DNA from: Geosiphon pyriformis uo1
Lineage: Eukaryota; Fungi; Glomeromycota
Direction of reading: 5' to 3'
Assembly (NCBI GenBank): GCA_016748015.1
Contig: JAAOMT010000201.1
Coordinates: 194,224 to 258,223, forward strand
Length of the DNA: 64,000 bases
Shown: positions 60,801-64,000 of the stretch, in pieces
Layout of the letters: the number at the start of each line of letters is the position of its first letter
How positions within the stretch are numbered: position 1 is the stretch's first letter
The notes under the pieces: generated by a model
The model's input: only the letters and a program-made list of their open reading frames with translations
Told to the model about the DNA's origin: nothing
The model's database searches: none
Translations under genes and position numbers: made by a program

Positions 60801-62671
60801 GCTCTATTTTCTGAGAGTGCAGTATGGTGAAAATCCTATTCTTCTAGCATTGTTAAATAACTGGATTGAGTGTAATAGTGGTTGGGTTTTGGTTGAGCAG
60901 AATTTTGGAAAACCAATTGGTTGTTCATATTGATTCTATTGTTGTTTACTTGGTATCAGTTTTGTGGTGTGAATTGATTTTATGTAATCAATCTTCGAGC
61001 AGATACTTGATAATGTTGTGTGAGTGGTTGTTGGTATTGCTGTTGGATTGGCTGTGAAATGGGCTGATAATAGTTATTTTGGTATTGGGGTCTTGGTGGA
61101 TAGTAAGCTAGTGGTGGTGGTTGATAATAAGATTGCTGTGGTAGAGGGTAACATTGATTACTTCTATTTTGTTGGTTTCATTGTAGCTTTCTGCAATCTC
61201 TTTTCTAGTGACCAGGAATTCCACAGTAATGGCAATTCTGAGACTGGTTATTAGAGAGTGATGTGAAGTTATTTTGATTTTGTCTTTGGAGTGGTTGATA
61301 TCTTTGGGGTTGCTGTTGTTGTTGGTTGGTAAAATAGTTTTCGACTTTCTTCATGAGTTGGTCGATTTTCTCCTCAGCTGTTGAGCTGATTTCTCTAATG
61401 GCTAAGTTTACGAGTTTTGTATAATTGGCTTTTTCTATGGCCATTTCATATCTCTTTGTATGCTGAATGGCAGAGTTTAAATCTTCTGGGGCATGTGAGC
61501 GAACCTTTTTAATCAGTTTATCTTTTAAACCAGCAATAAATTGATCCAAGATTTGAGCATCGGAATAATAATCATTAGTTTTAAGTTGGCAAATTCATCT
61601 GAGAAGTTTGTTGAATTTCCCAATATAAGTCATGACAGATTCGGAGGGTTCTTGTTTGATATTGTGAAAACAATTTCAAAGTGTGATTGAGGTGTTGTTA
61701 TCAGTGAATTGTTTTAAGAAGGCAGTTTTGAAAGCTGTTCAGTCATTAAAAGGGGTGGTCAAGTTTTCGAACCATTTGCCTGCTGTTCCTTTAAGAAAGT
61801 AAGGAATTGTTCTTAATATTCTGGCAGCATTCTATCTATTTGCATCTCTAGCTTTAGTAACTTGGTCAAGCCATTCTTGGGGACTGGTCTCAATGTCTTT
61901 TCCATTAAATTCAGGGATTTTTGCAATATATGCTGTCATTTCGTCTTCTTCATTTTCACTGTCTATTAATTTTTTTTCAGATATTTCAGAGTCGTTTTTT
62001 TCGTTCACTGCTGTTTCAGAGTGTTCACTTTGATTTTCAGCTAGAAAGTCAAGAAGATTGGAACTAATTTGAAGAGATTCTTGTTGTCTGGTGGGACTTC
62101 TGAGTGATGTAAAATCTTCTGGTCTTGTAAATTGATTTAAGGGTGAATTAGGTGTTTGTGCTTATGCAAGTGAAGCTGAAAAAGGTGTGATAGTAAGTGG
62201 AAGTTTTGAACTGGTTCCCTGTTCAGGTGTTTGTAAGTGTTTGGCAGTTGTTTTTGGTAATATTGGGATATTTGGGGTGGTTTTTGAGTATTGCTTCAAT
62301 TTTTGTTTGCCTTTATTGCTTGTTTCTGTCTCTGATTCAAAATCAAAAGAGTATTTAGACTGTACTGGATATTTTTCTTCACAATATTCAATAATGTTAA
62401 AATTAAGTTCTTGGAAGTAGATAGCAAGTGTTTTACTGTTCAGGTTTTCTGTTTCCAATTGTGAATAGTGCACTAAATTATTGTAGAGATTGCTTCTAAC
62501 TTTTAAAATGTTGTAGTTTCCAAAAAGATAATTATTGATGCAGTTTTCAATGTATTGGTATACTGATTTCTTGACAACTTCAATTCCGTCTGGAATGTTG
62601 AATTTTTGCTTGCAGTGGGTATAAATTGACTGGTAATACTCTAGAGTTGCTGTGTCTGGTGTGGTTGCCAC
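57898..62671 (-). pseudogene. gag: U gag, protease (~60300-60660), Cys-rich domain and dUTPase (~58360-58760)
   Basis: ORFs 62162-62671, 61205-61549 (CHYCGIPGH), 60414-60659, 58603-59358 (DAGYDLRYP), 57898-58407 (RGTQDFGSTG). Confidence 0.9.
58859..59934. other. Assembly artefact: 528-bp exact duplication either side of an N gap
   Basis: 58859-59386 appears identical to 59407-59934, with Ns at 59387-59406. Confidence 0.9.
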
Positions 62672-63701
62672 TTTGAATTTGTTGTTGCTGTGTTATTTCC
62701 GTGGAAGAGCATCAAATATTACTGGAGGTTTTTGGTCTCTTCTTAGCTTTTGTATGTTTGTTGTAATGCTGTTAATTCACAACTATGGAAAGTGTTTGAA
62801 CCTCTGATAACTGAATTTATCTTCAAATTATAGGAAATAATTTGAACTGCTGGGCTTATAGTGGAATGGCCAATTCTGTGCCAGTTACTTTGTATAGTTA
62901 CGTTGTAGTAAACATCAACTCTTTTCCAGGAAATGCTTGTCTGGAAGCTCACTAAAAATGTGTAGTTACTTTGCTGTGAAAGTCAACTCTTCTACAGGAA
63001 TTCTCGTCTGTAGGCTACCCTAATGATTATGATAATAAAAGAAAATAAAAGAAAATAAAAAAAATGTAAAAGAAATAGAATTCTATCAAAGGAAACGTTT
63101 CTATCCAGACCTGAAGTCACTAACAGTTTACTGAAATTGGTAGCTAATTAATTTCAAACTATTTAGTAGGAATTGGTTAATTTCAAAAGGGAAATAATTA
63201 AGGATTTGATTTTTCAAATTATTTGATATTTATTTTGTTTTTGTGTATAAAAGATAATTTTAATTGTTAAATCTAAAGTAAAATACATTTTCTCGAAGAG
63301 AGAAGCTCTTCTTTTATACAACTTGTCATAACACTATTCTATGAACTTGAACTTTGCTCTTTTCTACAATTTTGCTAAACTAAAGATACATTTCAGCGAA
63401 CTACAAGTTATTTCTGTGAACTATTAGATATTTCGGTGAACTATTAATTATTTCAGCAAATTTCTACAAATTTTGGCAAACTTTTGAATGTTACATATTT
63501 CAGGGTATTACATGATTGATCATCACAATTAGATTACATCTGTGTTATGTACAATTGAGTTATTAATTAAATAATAATTTTGGATATTTTGCTAATGTAA
63601 TAAGTGATAATTTGAAACGATAATATATGCTAATTAATAATAAGAATTATAAAGATAATTTCATGCTAAATAATATTTCTAATTTCGTCTGATAACACTG
63701 G

Positions 63702-64000
63702 TTTCTCCAATAACTAGGTTGACAAGCTTGGTGTGATTTGCTTCTTCTATTGCCATTTTATAGTTTTTTGCATGTTTAATGGTTGTTACTAAGTCTGCTA
63801 AGGCATGTGGATAAACTTTTTTAATCAATTTGTCTTTTAATTTTGTTATAAATTGATCCAGAATTGGAGCATTGGAATAGTAGTCATTGGTGTCCAATTG
63901 TCAAATTCATCTAAGAAGTTTATTAAATTTTCCAAGATAGATCATAACAGTTTTGGATGTTTCTTGCTTAATATTATGAAAGCAATTCCAGAAAGTGATA
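63702..64000 (-). pseudogene. gag: W gag continuation
   Basis: DYYSNAPILDQFITKLKDKLIKKV..EEANHTKLVNL. Confidence 0.88.

Larger units (their letters stand above)
56079..63697 (-). mobile_element. Family P element U: two LTRs, lacking RT, RNase H and integrase; inserted in gag of W
   Basis: LTRs 56079-57060 and 62717-63697; TSD CTGG (56075-56078 and 63698-63701); PPT GAGGAGGAGGTTA at 57061-57073; PBS ~62698-62716. Confidence 0.93.
39436..64000 (-). mobile_element. Family P element W (3' LTR 39436-40402; 5' end beyond window); integrase deleted; hosts a solo LTR, V and U
   Basis: Fragments 39436-42576, 43385-44252, 54473-56078 and 63702-64000 rejoin via 4-bp TSDs and are collinear with U and R. 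Confidence 0.9.

Overview
The whole 64 kb window is a nest of decayed transposable elements from an AT-rich eukaryote; I found no host gene, RNA gene or CRISPR array. A fungal, Glomeromycotina-like origin is my inference and is unverified. Two related Ty3/Gypsy LTR-retrotransposon families account for nearly all of it: family P (~1 kb LTR) and family Q (0.72-0.94 kb LTR). Both have TGTTAC...GTAACA termini and 4-bp target-site duplications (TSDs). Element names are my own labels. Nesting, left half: X > T > {S > R > R', a Tc1/mariner DNA transposon, mini-element M}. Middle and right half: X > Y, X > solo LTR, and X > Z > W > {solo LTR, V, U}. Y (20393-30535) and V (44253-54468) are structurally full length. 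Domain order is: N-terminally extended Gag, zinc knuckle, protease, uncharacterised multi-CxxC domain, dUTPase, RT, RNase H, stop codon, separately initiated integrase (family Q), and an extra conserved 3' ORF next to the polypurine tract (PPT). The most unusual signals are: (1) an apparent conserved GUG start for Gag in both families; (2) integrase split from RT-RNase H in all four family Q copies; (3) a homologous unknown ORF in the env position in both families; (4) two independent inversions of a 5-nt loop inside 10-bp LTR hairpins; (5) transition-only, mostly non-CpG, C>T/G>A decay.
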